A stretch of 62,475 nt of DNA, filler included, from Platydemus manokwari (taxonomy: Eukaryota): assembly GCA_037951405.1 (NCBI GenBank). It is 5 parts of 5 records of this genome, joined end to end, with 100 filler letters (N's around TTAATTAATTAA, not from the genome) between each part and the next. Parts side by side here need not be neighbours in the genome. Positions count along the whole stretch, not along the records: positions 1 to 10,149 come from JBBMOY011163546.1; positions 10,250 to 19,733 come from JBBMOY011242652.1; 3 more parts are not named here. One strand, written 5' to 3'. The notes beneath the pieces were generated by a model. The model did no database searches. It was not told where the DNA came from and worked only from the letters and a program-made list of their open reading frames with translations. Each line of letters begins with the position of its first letter. Within the stretch, counting starts at the first letter, position 1. The position numbers and the translations under genes were made by a program. Below are positions 1 to 13,626 of the stretch, in pieces.

Positions 1-220
1 ACAAAGTTAATTAACAATACAGCTTCTTGTATAAAGTACCAGTGTATGAGCACTTTTACTCAGATGAAGGTGAAAACTGTAAAAATATGGATTTAGTTCA
101 ATAGGTTGTCAAATATATTTACCGAAAATTCAAATAGATAATAATTATAGTAAATAACTGTTCATAGAATATCACCAGTACTAATGTTTTCAACGAGAAG
201 ACATCACACACACACGTATA

Positions 221-377
221 TAGTATTCCTCATTCTAACCGCCGCATTTTTCCAATGTTATAAAAAATAAAAAGTTCATTTAATTGTTCTTCTTTATTAT
301 TTTTCTTATAAAAGATTCCTCTTCACCGTCACATTTTTCAAATTTCCCAAAAGTGGTGGTTAGGAGAAGGAATACTG
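221..377. mobile_element. pogo/Tigger-like MITE (Tc1/mariner superfamily), ~157 bp
   Basis: Imperfect ~28-bp terminal inverted repeats (tagtattcctcattctaaccgccgcattt vs reverse complement cagtattccttctcctaaccaccacttt), flanked by TA at 219-220 and 378-379; no coding capacity. Confidence 0.6.
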
Positions 378-2019
378 TATATATAAATGCATATTGAGAA
401 AGCTTATATTTGAAAATAACGATAAAATACTACAAGCTTTGTCTCTAAAGCATTCCTTTATACTTATGCAAGCAATCACTGACAAAAGTATGATATACTG
501 GTTTGTTTTTGTTTATTTCTAGACTGACATTTCATCCAACAACTAAAATCTCTTGTGCCATGTCTGTACAACATTTGATGAATTCGACATTGTGGGAAGA
601 TAAATAAAGATTTAAAAAGTAGATCATTAACGGAACAGCTATCCATAAACGTTTTCACATCTATTGGAGAGATAGAAATTGTTGAAGAAATATTGACTTG
701 TCATTACCAACAATTACTTCTAACCTTATAGCTGTAGATTATACCTTGTTCGTCAGCCTGTGGATCTCGTAATATTCGAAATTTACTTAACTCGATAAAT
801 TACAGAATAAATATCTTAATTCCAAATTAAAAATTGTTAAAGATTATGAAGAGGAATCAGTAAACAATTTTATAAATATTTTCTATTTTTCAAGTCAATC
901 GACTAACTCATTTTCAACAGCTTTCTTTAGTTGGGTATTAGGTTAACCTTCCTCTCATTATAAACGTCTTTATATCTTGGAGAGATGTCTCCAAGTCCGC
1001 TCACATGGTCATGAGATACCATTTTTATGGTACTCTAAGTCATTCTCTAGACTCTGAAGTTTTGATGACTTATTTCAGAAAATTTTTATACAGGAGATCT
1101 TAAAGTTGTCTTTAAACGTAGAGATGATCGGTTTGTAGCAAATTGAGTCACCATGTTAACTAATGGAGAGATCCAGTAAAGTGAAAGAGATCTTTCAAAA
1201 CTTGGTTCGTGTAAAGACATATACCAATGCAACTTTGCTCATCCAATTGAATTTATAAGTTAAGAAGGATAAAAAGTTTACTGAGGAGAGTTAAAGCACC
1301 TGAATAGTAACAATAGTTAAACAATACAGGATAGGTGATTTGAGAAAATAAAGATTATTATATTGTAGAATATTTTGATCTCAATGACCGATGTTATAAC
1401 GATTTTCAACAGCGGATTTCACTTTTCTACAATAGAATCTAAAATATTATTATACAGCGTATAATCTTCACCATTTGAATCTGATATCTATTAAATGATG
1501 ATTTCAATGTGATAATCAATGTTTATCTTTAATTGATGCAATCACTTCTTGCACAAAAAACCTATCTTGAAAGATTCTATAATTTTCAAAATATTACCCT
1601 TACACCTGTAATAAAGAACGGTAATCGAATAAACTTTTCAAATTGAGAAGAAGCTGTCCAACACATAGGCCTTACTAAAAGCTGTCTTTCAATAATCATG
1701 ATATTAATTCCTCTTTAAAATTGATACAAAAGGAGAGAAAATTTTCTCAAAATATTAGAAAATATTACTTTTGAAATATTATAGAGAAGATACATCTCTG
1801 TAGTTATGCCTTCGAATTCTGGTATTGCAGCTTCCACGAAAATGTATGAAATTATCTTATTCAGAGCGAAGACATTTCTTTATCAGAATTTAAACTTTAA
1901 CAAATTTCTAAAAATATTTCAAAATTCAAAGCAAATACTTTGACCTCTTTACCACAAAACCTGTTACAAGTGTTAGTCACGTGCATTCACAAATGTGCTG
2001 TATTTGTCTTCGTCCCTAT

Positions 2020-2170
2020 TGTAAGCCGCTACTTTTATATAAAAGGCACATCAAAAATGAACTGAAAAGTCACGACAGCAAATTATATTTAAATACAATA
2101 ACATAAACAAATTAATATAATTTTATATTAAATTAAATTTTTATACAAATTTAAATTCAATACAAAATAG
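2020..2170 (+). repeat. Dispersed repeat family C, copy 1 (starts TGTAAGCCGCTAC)
   Basis: tgtaagccgctac...aaaaatgaactgaaaagtcacgacagcaaattatatttaaatac recurs at ~24975-25120 and, more diverged, at ~12143-12310. Confidence 0.6.
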
Positions 2171-2264
2171 AATCTTCAAAAATTTATTCTGTGATAGAAG
2201 ATCAAAAATGTGTCATTTTCAATACTGATGTTTTGATTATTTATGTGTTTCTGTTAATGTATAT

Positions 2265-2559
2265 CAGTGGTTTTCACCTTTTTTGCTGGAGAGGAGCCCC
2301 ACGGAAACATTCCTCTGGCTCGAGGAACCCATGTGCATTAATGTAGCGATTTTAATTATGTTAAATTTAGCATATTTAAACAATAACTAATAATAAAATA
2401 CTACAAATAATTATACAAATAATAATGAAATGATAATAATAATAAAATAGATTTTAGAAATTGAATTTAAAATGTTGTTTATTTGTTCGTTGTTCTAATT
2501 TAGAAATTTAGAAATTGCGGAACCATAGGATTCCGCGGAGCACTGGTTGAAAACCACTG
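2265..2559. mobile_element. hAT (Buster/Charlie-type) MITE, 295 bp
   Basis: TIRs CAGTGGTTTTCACC / GGTTGAAAACCACTG with GC-rich subterminal motifs. The 8-bp flanks atgTAtat and agtTAgat match at 5/8 and keep the central TA typical of Buster-type target duplications. Confidence 0.75.
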
Positions 2560-5500
2560 AGTTAGATAAAGACAAAAAAATTTAAAAGTTAAAATCGATA
2601 GATTCAGTAGTATATGAAAATATTATTGATGATAATGTTAAAAAAATACATAGATAATATCTAATGAAATTTTGAATTTCAATAATATACCGACAATGGT
2701 TAAGGTTAAAGCCTATTTGAAAAACGGTATTATTAAAGCCTTGAAATCAATTCAAAATATGAAATATTGTAGATAAATTTTTTTATCAAAGATAAAAATA
2801 AAAAATTATAAAAAAATTTAATAAGACCCATAAATCAAAATATGAAATAAATTTTAAGAATTTTAGATTACTAAAGTCACGAAAGTAAATTTAAGTAAGT
2901 AATATATTTTATAACAAAAATATTGTAATAATGAAATCAATAAAAGCAGCAATGACAGTAATAATAATAATAATAATGTTTAAAATAATAATTATAGAGG
3001 CTGACCTCAATTTAATATTTCAATCTTCTTATAATATTTCTGTTTTCTGGAATTTCTGTTGGAATAATTACTTGTTCTATGTTTGTGCTCATTACCGATT
3101 CTCTAAGCAGACAATTCAACTGACAATCATAATTCTGCAGGTGCATAACATGTGGTAATATTTCGTAAAGCCACTCGACTAATATTCCGGTTCATGAGAG
3201 GAATCGGTAGAAGTCCAAATCAAGAGAATGCTGTTTAATTTCACAATGAATTCAAATTTCTTTGATACTTTGTCAATGTTCGTGGAGATTTCTCATTTTC
3301 AATACCGTGTCATTCAACTACGAATCAACTGCAGTTGAAATTTGAATTGTATGGAAATAAAGTTAAAAATATTCTTAATCGATCAATTAATCGATCAATA
3401 AAATTGCTTGGACGTTTGTGAGAATTGAATTAATGTAAAATTATTCGTTTAACAGAATGAAGTATATTTCTAGGATTTTGCGTAAACGAGAAATATTTTC
3501 AAAATTTTACAGATATGTAAAATATAGAGGCTAGCATCAAATAAAATGATGAGATGAAATTTAAAGATATTGAGGATATTGTGGTCGAACCACGGGAAAT
3601 TTAATCAGATAGTTGCGATTTGCACTTATCAGCTCAGTCAAAGTAAAGACTGATGAATTCGAATTCACTGTTATTCAATTTCTTCCAAATATTATTATAT
3701 GTTCATAATATGATATTACAAAAGACACAAATTATTATCAAGGAAATTACGATGTGAGCTTTCGGATGCATTTCAAATAGCACTTTGTTGAAACTAGATG
3801 ACTCTTTGTATAAGTTCAAAAGAAATCCCATTACGTTTCCTATTACAGACCAAGTTGGGTATTCCATATTTATTATTCGCTGATTTTTATACACGCATCT
3901 CTTAGAGCCTTATTTGGAATTCAATTCTCTAACCAGAAATATGGTATTGCATTGCCGTTGTCGGTTGTCAGGACTCATGACTAAGTTTAGGTTCATTACT
4001 GTTTGCTTAATTGAAGACAATATTCCTAACTCAAGAAATAGTGTTTTGTCACGACATCACACTAATTGTTTCTGAATTTCTGTACAGTAAATTACTTACA
4101 ATCTCTTACACTGTCAACGATTACGTCTGGATAAGATATAAGTATTCTAATTTGCACTTATGTGACCTATCGCATTGTATTTGGTTCATTATAAGCCTTT
4201 TCATAAGAAGAAATGAAAGATTGTGAATTGTTGCGTATTTTTCCAATATTTTCATGTTTCTAGTAAGTTACTTTTTTGTTTTACTTTGAAACGATAATTC
4301 TCCAATTCCTTTCAACCAATAAACTAAGTAAAGAAGTAAAATCAAATTTACAAAAAGTTACCGGATTATATTATAAAGAAATTATGTTTTAAATAAAATA
4401 TCGGCTTGAATTAATATTTTTTTTCGAAAATCTAATTAAAGATGTTATTTGGAAAAATGAGTTTCTTAAAGTTAATTCAAAAATTGAAATTAAATACAAA
4501 ATTATTGTGTATATTTACATTTCTCAGCATTCTCGGTTTCTGTAATTTAAATGCTTTAGAAAAATGTCTTAATGGTTATCGTCAATGTAAGGTTTTCCTA
4601 TCGCGACATTGACTATATCAGCAGGCGTTGTACTGATAAACTGGTTTTTTGTTATTTCTACTCATTAATTTACGTTATAATCTAAAATCCATTCTTCCAT
4701 AATTCGTTTGCAAGTCAAACCTAATCAAACCAAACCTACAAACCTTGTTATGGGTCGCGAACAGATGCTTTGGTGTCATATAACTGAAGTTACATGTTGG
4801 CATATACCTCAAGCATATATCGTAATGTGTAACTAGAAACTTATTCTGTTAAATAAATCAAAACGTTTAACAGAATAATTATTTTTCCCGATTGAATTCG
4901 AATAAGACAGGAAATCAAGAAATATTGATGCTTATAAGATTGAAGCAGTATTCGCTCAATATATTCTGTTTTTTACTTTTGCTCAATAAATAGCACTTTA
5001 AACAATATTCCGAAACCATATCAGGCTTTCTCAAAGATTATTATCAATTAATATACATATGAAATCCATTAAAATGAAAGAAGACAAAGTCTGGGAAAAA
5101 GTTTCGTTTCTCAATCAAAATTTGTATGTATTTTGAAACAAACAGTGACAGTGATCGAGCATAATGAAACTATAATTGTGATTTCCCTTCGAAAGACCAT
5201 AACAACTATTTGTTTGTTTTGATTTACTTTATTTAATAATTAAACTTTTTCTCAGATATTTAAAGTATTTCAGCTATTAAACATTTGGGCTTAAGCTAAG
5301 GAAAAGGATACTTTAAACTACTTTCGTTTAAATGAATTTTCGCGCATGAGATAATTTTATATGTCTAATAGTGACAAAACATAGTTTTAAACCAAGTTCC
5401 TATTTTAATCCAAACAAATCTATATGATTATTTGAGTTTTTAACTACAGGCATGCTTAATAATAACATTACTTATTTTTATAAAATAATTGTAAAAATTG

Positions 5501-5929
5501 AAAATATCTCTCAATTTGCTTCTAATGTTAAAAACGGGGTCCTCAATAATTTTGAATAAATTGCAATTCGCCCTATTTTTGTGATTTTTTAAAATAATCA
5601 AATATTAAGAGGTTATGCTGCTCTAGTGTATTCAATATTTGATTTCAAACAATAAAAACTTTCTTAAGTACTTAAATAAAAATTTCAAAATGCTTTTAAA
5701 AACTATAATTAAATAAACTAAATAGATTTTTGCAATACAGTCAAATCTTAAATGTTATTTTAGGACCCCTTTTTTAAACTTTAGCCAAGAATATTAATGT
5801 TTATTTAATAAATTGCTTATTTTAAAATGCTTTAGAATTTTGAGTTAGTATTGAGTGTTGCAAAAGTTGCTGTATATAAAACTTAGTTATTATCAGCATA
5901 AAGGATACATTATTTAATACATAATTTAA

Positions 5930-6727
5930 CTGACCCTTAAAACCAAATTAAGAACGGACAAAATCCGTTTAAAAACCACTACATAAAAATCTCTAAATAA
6001 AAAAGTACATGAGAGAAGTAGCATGCAGAAAATGCTTATATGAAGTGGAATGGTAAACACCCTTTTTAGTTGCTGCAAACTATCCCAATCTTTTATACTC
6101 TATCGGAACGACAGAATCATGGATATACTGGCTAAGGAAATTGTTAACAATAAAGAACACAAAGTCATTATAAATAAAGGATGTCAATTTAAGGAATTCA
6201 AATTAATGGTGGATATTCAACTAATAAATTATCGAAAATCCTTGATCGACTTAATCGATGAAAAAATCCCCATGGACGAACCTGCTTTAAGGGCCGAAAC
6301 AGCTCAAAAGAATATTAAAAAATACACAGACTTCAGAAATTCGATCACAACAAAGCGGCCCGGCTGGTCTGTGAAACTGCTCACTATTGTTTTGTAGGGG
6401 TTCTCTGAACTTGGCAAACACAAACAAACGATACAGTCCTAAAGAAATTAGGGATGAATAAGAAAATGATAAATAAAATAGCTCATGCTAGCATAAAGTC
6501 GCATATAAATGCAACGTATTTGCAATACAGATTCCAAACTGGAAAGAGAATAGCAAAAATGCAACTTCATAAATAGTATGGCGGAGACTGAATTGATTGG
6601 AATTTTGAATTAATTGTATGATTGAACTACCGAATTGTGATTCCTAGATCGATCGAAAGAAAGAACCATGTACATACCATATTTTAATGTATGTGTATCT
6701 CGAATATCAATGTCTATGAATTAGTAG

Positions 6728-6728
<1 letters not shown>
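5930..6728 (+). mobile_element. 5'-truncated, decayed RLE-type (R2/NeSL-like) non-LTR retrotransposon, 3' end
   Basis: Translation around ORF 6050-6397 gives a degenerate CCHC knuckle (CRKC...LFSCC) and an RHD-equivalent (YRNDRI). The restriction-like endonuclease tail LIDEKIPMD...KNIKKY...GWSVKLLTIVL*G follows, then a 3' UTR abutting (TA)n. Confidence 0.7.

Positions 6729-6756
<28 letters not shown>
6729..6756. repeat. (TA)n microsatellite
   Basis: About 14 TA units seen directly. Confidence 0.9.
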
Positions 6757-6760
<4 letters not shown>

Positions 6761-7970
6761 AGTACTAGAACTAAATTTTCACGATTACGAAAGTTCGACA
6801 ATCTCAACTTATTTCAAATAAACTTTGGGATTAATACATACCGACTTCTGTACAGGAAGTCTCCAATTTCAATGCCAGTATAAATGTTCACCACAGCAAC
6901 GGTAAACCTGTTAAGGGAGCTTAATATAATTTTAAAACCACCATTAATTTATTCTTGCCGTATATTTCGTATTTTTAGAGGATTAGATAACTAATATGTC
7001 TTGTAGTAATTTTACCCCGGTAAAACGAACATCTTTTATAAATCACTAACTTCCAGAATAATCTGTTTTGTGATAGCTGATACCATCTTGTATTGTATTA
7101 AACTCATTTTATAACAACTGTAACATTCAATAAAGTATTGTTAATTAATCTGCCTTTATTTAATAAAATATAAAACACCATTTCAGTTTTGAGATTTTCT
7201 AAGCAAAGAATTATTATCATCTCATTATCTTTTTAGTGATGCAAGAGTTGTTAATACAATTGGGTTTTGTGGATATAATAATTTATATTACGTCGCCTGT
7301 TTGTCTTCGAACAAGTTCCAGAATGTTTCGAGGAAAAAGCAAAACAGTCGATATTAGTTATAATTATTATTCAGGGTTATAAGAGCTCGCGAGAAGTAAT
7401 CTGTGGGAATAGGATAAATTATAATAAGAAGCCCGATAGTGATAAAAAGTAACATATGAAACACTAGTGAAGAAAAAGATTATTAATTGGTTAAAAATTT
7501 ATCGATTTTAACGATCATTATATTTCTAAACATTCAATAAAACAAAAGGGCAGAATATCATTAAGTTTTTTATTTGAAATTTTTATGACTTTATTGTCAA
7601 GCATTTTTGTTTTATTCCATACCAATTCCCGCTTGTTTTCATTGTGTGTTTCGTTTATCATTTCTGATCATCAATTCACTTAATGATCATTAAATGAATG
7701 CCTCAATTCATCAATATAAATTATCAACTCGGAATTTTTACATGAGCACATCTTGGGGTTTTATATTGCTTTGTCACTATGAGAATTTTTTTAATATATA
7801 AATCAAATGTCTGTCATTTTCATTTGGTTCTTGATTAGATGGACTACATTTCGATACAAATTAGATTGATCAATAAATCATAATCATTGTGGATTATGAT
7901 AACTAAATAAATCAAAATTTCTAATAGATTTATAACAAATAATATATTTATTATTTTATTTAATTATTTT

Positions 7971-8514
7971 TATTGGCTTGGTTCGTGCGGTTTTTTACAA
8001 TTATGGAGAATGGCGAAGAAATTTCCAGACAAACTCTTCAATAATCAACTTTTTCATTGTTGCTACATGAGGCCAAGCATTGGCATGCTGTAAAATTGTC
8101 TGCTCTTATTGGTCCTCTTCACTTTGATTGCAGTATTTACTCGCTTGAGTCGTTCACAATAAAGTTCGGCATTGATTGTTTTGTTTTTTGGCAAGATTTC
8201 GACCTGACCAAGGTGCATCGTTTAAATCAAAATTTCCACTGATAAATATCAAAAACCTCTAACTGCTTATAAACGAAACAAATCATTCTGGTGACTTCTG
8301 CAGCATTTAAATGTTGATTAAAATAAAAAGGAGAAGATGCCGGAATTTTTCATTTTTATCTACCTGGCATTCCATTTTCATTAGGGTAATAAAAGTGAAA
8401 GTTATTCTAAAATCATTTCAGCTGAATAAGTATAACTCAAATAAGTTAAAACAAGAACTTAGTGTGTTTTATTTACAACCAATACAACCGCACGAATTTA
8501 TGCACCAATCCATA
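7971..8514 (-). mobile_element. Internally deleted mariner element
   Basis: Mariner-type TIRs (tattggcttg...gttcgtgcggtt; right end reverse complement ttatggattggtgcataaattcgtgcggtt). Minus-strand transposase remnants: AAEVTRMICFVY, DAPWSGR, KTINAELYCERLKRV, and ILQHANAWPH (decayed HDNARPH motif). Confidence 0.8.
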
Positions 8515-9771
8515 ATTATAATTCAGAGTAAAAATCAAATTGATTTTTATCTTAAGATATTAAAAAATTAATGCAGACGGCAAAGATTAAATAATTTTTA
8601 TTTTAAGGCTGTCGTGATCGATGAGCGGTTCCGAAATCAATGAAGAATTATCACACAACTATCAAATAATCAATAAAATAATTAAATTTAAAAGTATTTT
8701 AATTTTAAAAAATGATTTTACAATTTTTTCAATGAAAAAATCAATCAAAAATAAGATAATTCTGATTAAAGAAAACATAATGAATTGTTTGATCTCGTCC
8801 ATAGTGGGAATGTCGGTAAGATTAAATAAGCATATTCTATTGTATTAGAATTTGAAATGTTTTTTGATAACAACTGAGATAATTGGATTACACTAGCAAG
8901 TTGATTGAAATCTTGGGAATAAATATTAGCATTTATATTTTCAGATTATTAAATTTGAATGGAATATCTGAGCTTGAACTGGAGCATAGTAATCATAAAG
9001 ATCTCGGATTGAAAATGAAAAATAATCACTCTTATAATATTTAAAATTTTTCATAAAATTTTAAATTAAATTTAAATAGTTTTTTAACTAATAAATTTTT
9101 TATTCCATCGAAATTTTTATTATTCAATCTATAAAACGTTAGCTTGATTTTAAAACAACATCAAGACAAGAATTGGAATTCTCATTTTTCGAGGTTAGAG
9201 TTCAACAGTACAATGGAACTGAACTGTTCATGGGTGGGAATAATGACCAGAAAATTGAGTTGAATCACTCAGGAGAAATAAATGCCATGGTGTGCACGTA
9301 GAGATGGTGAATATTGTTAAAATAAATGAACCAAACATTTACATCAAACAATTATAGCCAACTGTGAATAGTGAAGAAGTAAAATCACGATTCTTAGCCA
9401 ATTTATTTCTTTATCTTGAGACTATTCAGCATGCATCAACATGTCCGAAAACATAAAAATAAAAAGTTAAATTAAAAAAATTAAAAATCTGCAGTGCTTG
9501 TAAATTTCTTATTTGACGATCCGATTTGTTGAAGGCATCAATAATATTAATATTTTTTAAAAAAATAAATAAACACGATTCAGTATAAATATAAAGGTAT
9601 CTATATATAATTTATTAATGTAACAATTATATATAAACTTTTTATGAATTGTTTTCATAGGCTTATGGACAGATTATATCGATTTGTTTTGTAATAAAGA
9701 TTTATAAAAGACAAATAATTTATTGGAATCTTAAGATAAATTAACTCAAACAAACTGGGAATTTGTTAAAT

Positions 9772-9822
9772 TTTGATAAATCATTTGATAAATCATTTGA
9801 TAAATCATTTGATAAATCATTT
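9772..9822. repeat. 12-bp tandem repeat (TTTGATAAATCA)x4
   Basis: Four perfect units seen directly. Confidence 0.9.
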
Positions 9823-10149
9823 ATAAAATGTACAGAGATAAAATGCCGACGGGGGAATCTGTTATTCTGGTTCAACAACTGATCAACAGATTTGGATTTG
9901 GGTTAGATATTTTCCATTAAATTCGAGGAGGAAATATTATTATTTGAAACAACATATCTCCAGATCAAAATGAAATGACCACATGAGGAGATTATTTATT
10001 ATCAAATCCTTTATTCGGGAGGTCCTGAATTTTCGATTTTATTTTTGTTATTATTATGGTTAAAATTATTAAATTTAAATATTTATTTTTTATAAATTGA
10101 TTTATTTGATTGTAATCTTCGATAAGTTAATTAAATCATTATATAATCA

Positions 10150-10249
10150 NNNNNNNNNNNNNNNNNNNNNNNNNNNNNNNNNNNNNNNNNNNNTTAATTA
10201 ATTAANNNNNNNNNNNNNNNNNNNNNNNNNNNNNNNNNNNNNNNNNNNN
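10150..10249. other. Artificial contig spacer (44N-TTAATTAATTAA-44N)
   Basis: Identical 100-nt linker with stop codons in all six frames occurs four times in the window. Confidence 0.98.
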
Positions 10250-11130
10250 AACATAGTGTTAGGCAGAAACAAAATGCCACAAAAGAAAAATGATTTTGCA
10301 CCTTTTAACCATTATTTTATCACTTTAAGCAATTGCATGTCTACATAATCATACACGCATAGCAACTAATCAATCACAACTGAGTTGAATGGGAAATTCT
10401 AATAGGAAAAATGAGCATAGCCGCACAATAACACATACATAGGGAGTGGGTACAAAATCAATAAATCCAATTGGAACTTGAATTTCAACAATAGAAAGTG
10501 AGAAAACACGAATACAGTAACCCAGTATATAAAGAGAATGAAAATTATTATTAATTATGACTTTTTATTCAATAGGATTCATTTATTGATTTTTGAGATT
10601 TTTCTACAATAAGCAACCTTTCCCTATTTCATCAATTGGTTGCACTATCAAAAATAAAATTTAATTTTTAAAGTTATAACAATGCCTAACATTAAATAAT
10701 TATTAAATTTTAATTTTAGTCGTCTAATTTGATTAGTGTGGATATCAAGTAACAATCTATTTATACTGAGCCCTACGCAGTTTATATTGTTGTTTTGTTT
10801 CCTGTTCAATTTTCTGATTTCTTAAAAGGGATTTACGAATGTTTTCTGATTTATTTCTCGACGTATTACATTTAATAATAACGTGAATTGATAATTGTGA
10901 ACATTCACTAACCAATTCGTTGCAAAGAGACAATAATTTGAAATAATAAATAAACATAAATTCAAAACTTAAATATAATTCATTAAACACTTCCGGTAAT
11001 ATCGTCTTTATATACGTTACTGCAACCATGTAGTATGTTGGGGATTCATTAGAATCAATATCTGAAATCATGAATACATAATTAATGAAATATTAAATTC
11101 AAAATTTCTTACTTAGTTTGTTGAAAATCC

Positions 11131-11620
11131 TGAAATCAAAACATATGTCTTTGTTTATTTGAAAATTAAAAACTTGAAAATTAAAACATATGTACTTGTA
11201 TGTCTTTATTATTTGGGAACTGGAACACATGCCTTATTTGAAAATTAAACAAGTTCATAAATAAGTTTTGAAACTAAAACATATGTCTTTGTTTTATTTG
11301 AAAACTAAAACAAGCTCACAAAGACAATATGTAAAATTAAAACACGCGCACAAAGCTATGCTTTGTTCCCACACAGAGCAGAGAAAAATAGTATAAATAC
11401 TGGGCAGTGTCTCAGTTAAACCGCTTTACGGTATTTCAGCTAAACTGATCGTATACTCTGAATTGCTATCACTATGAGTAATTATTCTTTTTGTATGTCT
11501 AATTCATTGGTTATTATTGCAATCCCTTCACGGGCTTGTCAATCTATATAACGCTAAAAACTCTTTCTAATCTTCAACCGGGTCCGGGTCTGTGTCCGAG
11601 CTATTAGGCGGCACCGACAA
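11131..11620 (+). repeat. Degenerate ~30-bp tandem array followed by a TATA box and GC-rich tail; LTR-like
   Basis: About 8 units of TGAAAA(T/C)TAAAACA... at 11131-11350, GTATAAATAC at ~11391, and a GC-rich segment ending ...GGCGGCACCGACA. Confidence 0.45.
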
Positions 11621-12672
11621 TACCCACTCTCTTCAGGGATAGGAACCGAGTCTTATCTTCTAGCAACCCTCATCTTACTGTGTAGTTAATAAGCTTTAAA
11701 TTACAGTTTGATAAAGCAACAATAATATTAGATCAGGTTTAATTGGTTGACATGGCTCATTTTTAATTAAAAATATCAATATTAATCGCATCTTATAATC
11801 AACCTTATTAAATCATAGCTACTAATGGAGTTGATGAAGAATTAAATATAAAAGTGACAACTTAAGATAACAAGTTATCTACATCCCTATAAACTCATAC
11901 CATTGCTTTCTTTCTGTTTACAGACAGTATGGCGCTAATATTTTTGAAGCTAGTCTTTATGGGCAAGACAGCTTACTCTTTTTTAATCCATAACAGTCCA
12001 TTTACGTCTAATTTTATCCATTGTATTTCAAAAATAAAGTAAAACCATATGTAATCCAAATAAAATATTCTCTATTACGCAATCCCCATCATTCAAATAC
12101 GATACATTTTATTACTTACTACAAAGTCCGATGATTATTAGCTGTTATCCACTACCATTTTAAAAATCCCTCATTAAAAACGAACTGAAAAGTCAAGATA
12201 CCAAATATCTATTTAAATACAAATATTTAAACAAAAAAAATTAATTTTAAATAAATATGATTTTATATGAAATTAGAATTAAATTTGAATTAAAAATTTA
12301 ATTCATTTAAAATATCCCACATTAGCAAAATATTTATTTAATAGATTCAGTAATTGCTATGAATAGGTTATCGAATATTTTATATATCGGTTTCAGTGAC
12401 TTTTCCCTTGTATTCTCATTGTCCAAAAACGGTTTTAGCTTACGTTTTATGATCATTTTTATGATCATTATCACTATCGCCTGAATAGAATATCTGCATA
12501 ATTAGGAAAATAAATCGTATGTCCCTTAACGCAAAATTTTAGAGAGACTAAGAAGCGACAATGCAACCAATCACAAAAGAGATATTTTCATAATATCCTC
12601 AAAATCAAACTCATTTCTCATTGGTATCATTTTAATAATAAATATGCGTTCTTAAAATTATTATTATTTCTA

Positions 12673-13626
12673 ATGATTTTATCTAGTCACCAAATGAGCC
12701 CCACAGAATATCTCATATATTCAGTAATATCAATAATTATTTCCATATTTGGAATTATCGCTAATCTATCATTTTTAATTGTTCTCATTCTCAAAAAGAT
12801 ACAATCGAGATACACCAAATATGTCCTTGTCAATCAGTCAATTTCTGGTTCATGTTATTGTCTTCTAACGATTCTTAAATTGGTAGCCCAAGGTGAAATT
12901 CGCACAAGAATCTTATGGCTTGATTGGTTCTTTTGTTTTTCTTGGACAAATCAAAATATAATTTGGTATTCGACAATGGTCACAATACATACTCTAATAT
13001 GTGCAACTGTTGATCGATATTGGGCTGTTGTTAAGCCACAAGATTATCACTTAAATATTTCTCGAAAGATTATTTTGAGTTTTGCTTTTATCTATCTTTT
13101 TCCCATATTATTTCTCGGCATTTCATTTTGCGAAAGTAATTTCATCAATGGAACATGTCTGAATGGTGGTGAAGGACAGGTTGAAAGTATTAAAATATTC
13201 CTAAAAGTATATTCCATTTTATATTTCTTCGTCCAATATCTAATTCCAGTTGTCACCATGGTATGCCTACATTATAAAATATACCAGGTCATGTCCAAGT
13301 TGAAAGGGAATGACAGAGAAATAAAATTTGTCAACCGATCATTGTTGAAAGCTACAATAATATTGGTAATGATATTTATATCGACATATGGCTACGATTC
13401 ATTATTCTATTTGTTGAGCTATTTTGGTGTCTTAAAATACGTTATCAATTCTCCATATCAATTGATTGGGGTGTCATTATCTACAATAAATAGTATTATC
13501 AATCCAATAGTTTATATCGCTACAATAAAATCATTTCGCATATATTACTTCTCGATTTGGTTGAATTGTAAATTTAAGAGGTCATCTGTTATTCCGTCAA
13601 CTATCAATGATTCATTACATTTGTAA
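12673..13626 (+). CDS. Orphan rhodopsin-class (class A) GPCR, intronless, 317 aa
   Basis: Seven hydrophobic segments with GxxxN in TM1, Cys at the top of TM3 and in ECL2 (NGTC), DRY (VDRYWAVVKP), TM5 Pro (YLIP), NPxxY (NPIVY) and a helix-8 FR. Confidence 0.93.
   Translation: MILSSHQMSPTEYLIYSVISIIISIFGIIANLSFLIVLILKKIQSRYTKYVLVNQSISGSCYCLLTILKLVAQGEIRTRILWLDWFFCFSWTNQNIIWYSTMVTIHTLICATVDRYWAVVKPQDYHLNISRKIILSFAFIYLFPILFLGISFCESNFINGTCLNGGEGQVESIKIFLKVYSILYFFVQYLIPVVTMVCLHYKIYQVMSKLKGNDREIKFVNRSLLKATIILVMIFISTYGYDSLFYLLSYFGVLKYVINSPYQLIGVSLSTINSIINPIVYIATIKSFRIYYFSIWLNCKFKRSSVIPSTINDSLHL

Noticed and set aside
3300-3894. Possible decayed GPCR on the minus strand around ORF 3703-3894
   Set aside because: Only hydrophobic stretches with several stops; no DRY or NPxxY found.
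11131-11350. CRISPR-like repeat array
   Set aside because: Degenerate tandem units without unique fixed-length spacers; eukaryotic context and no cas genes.
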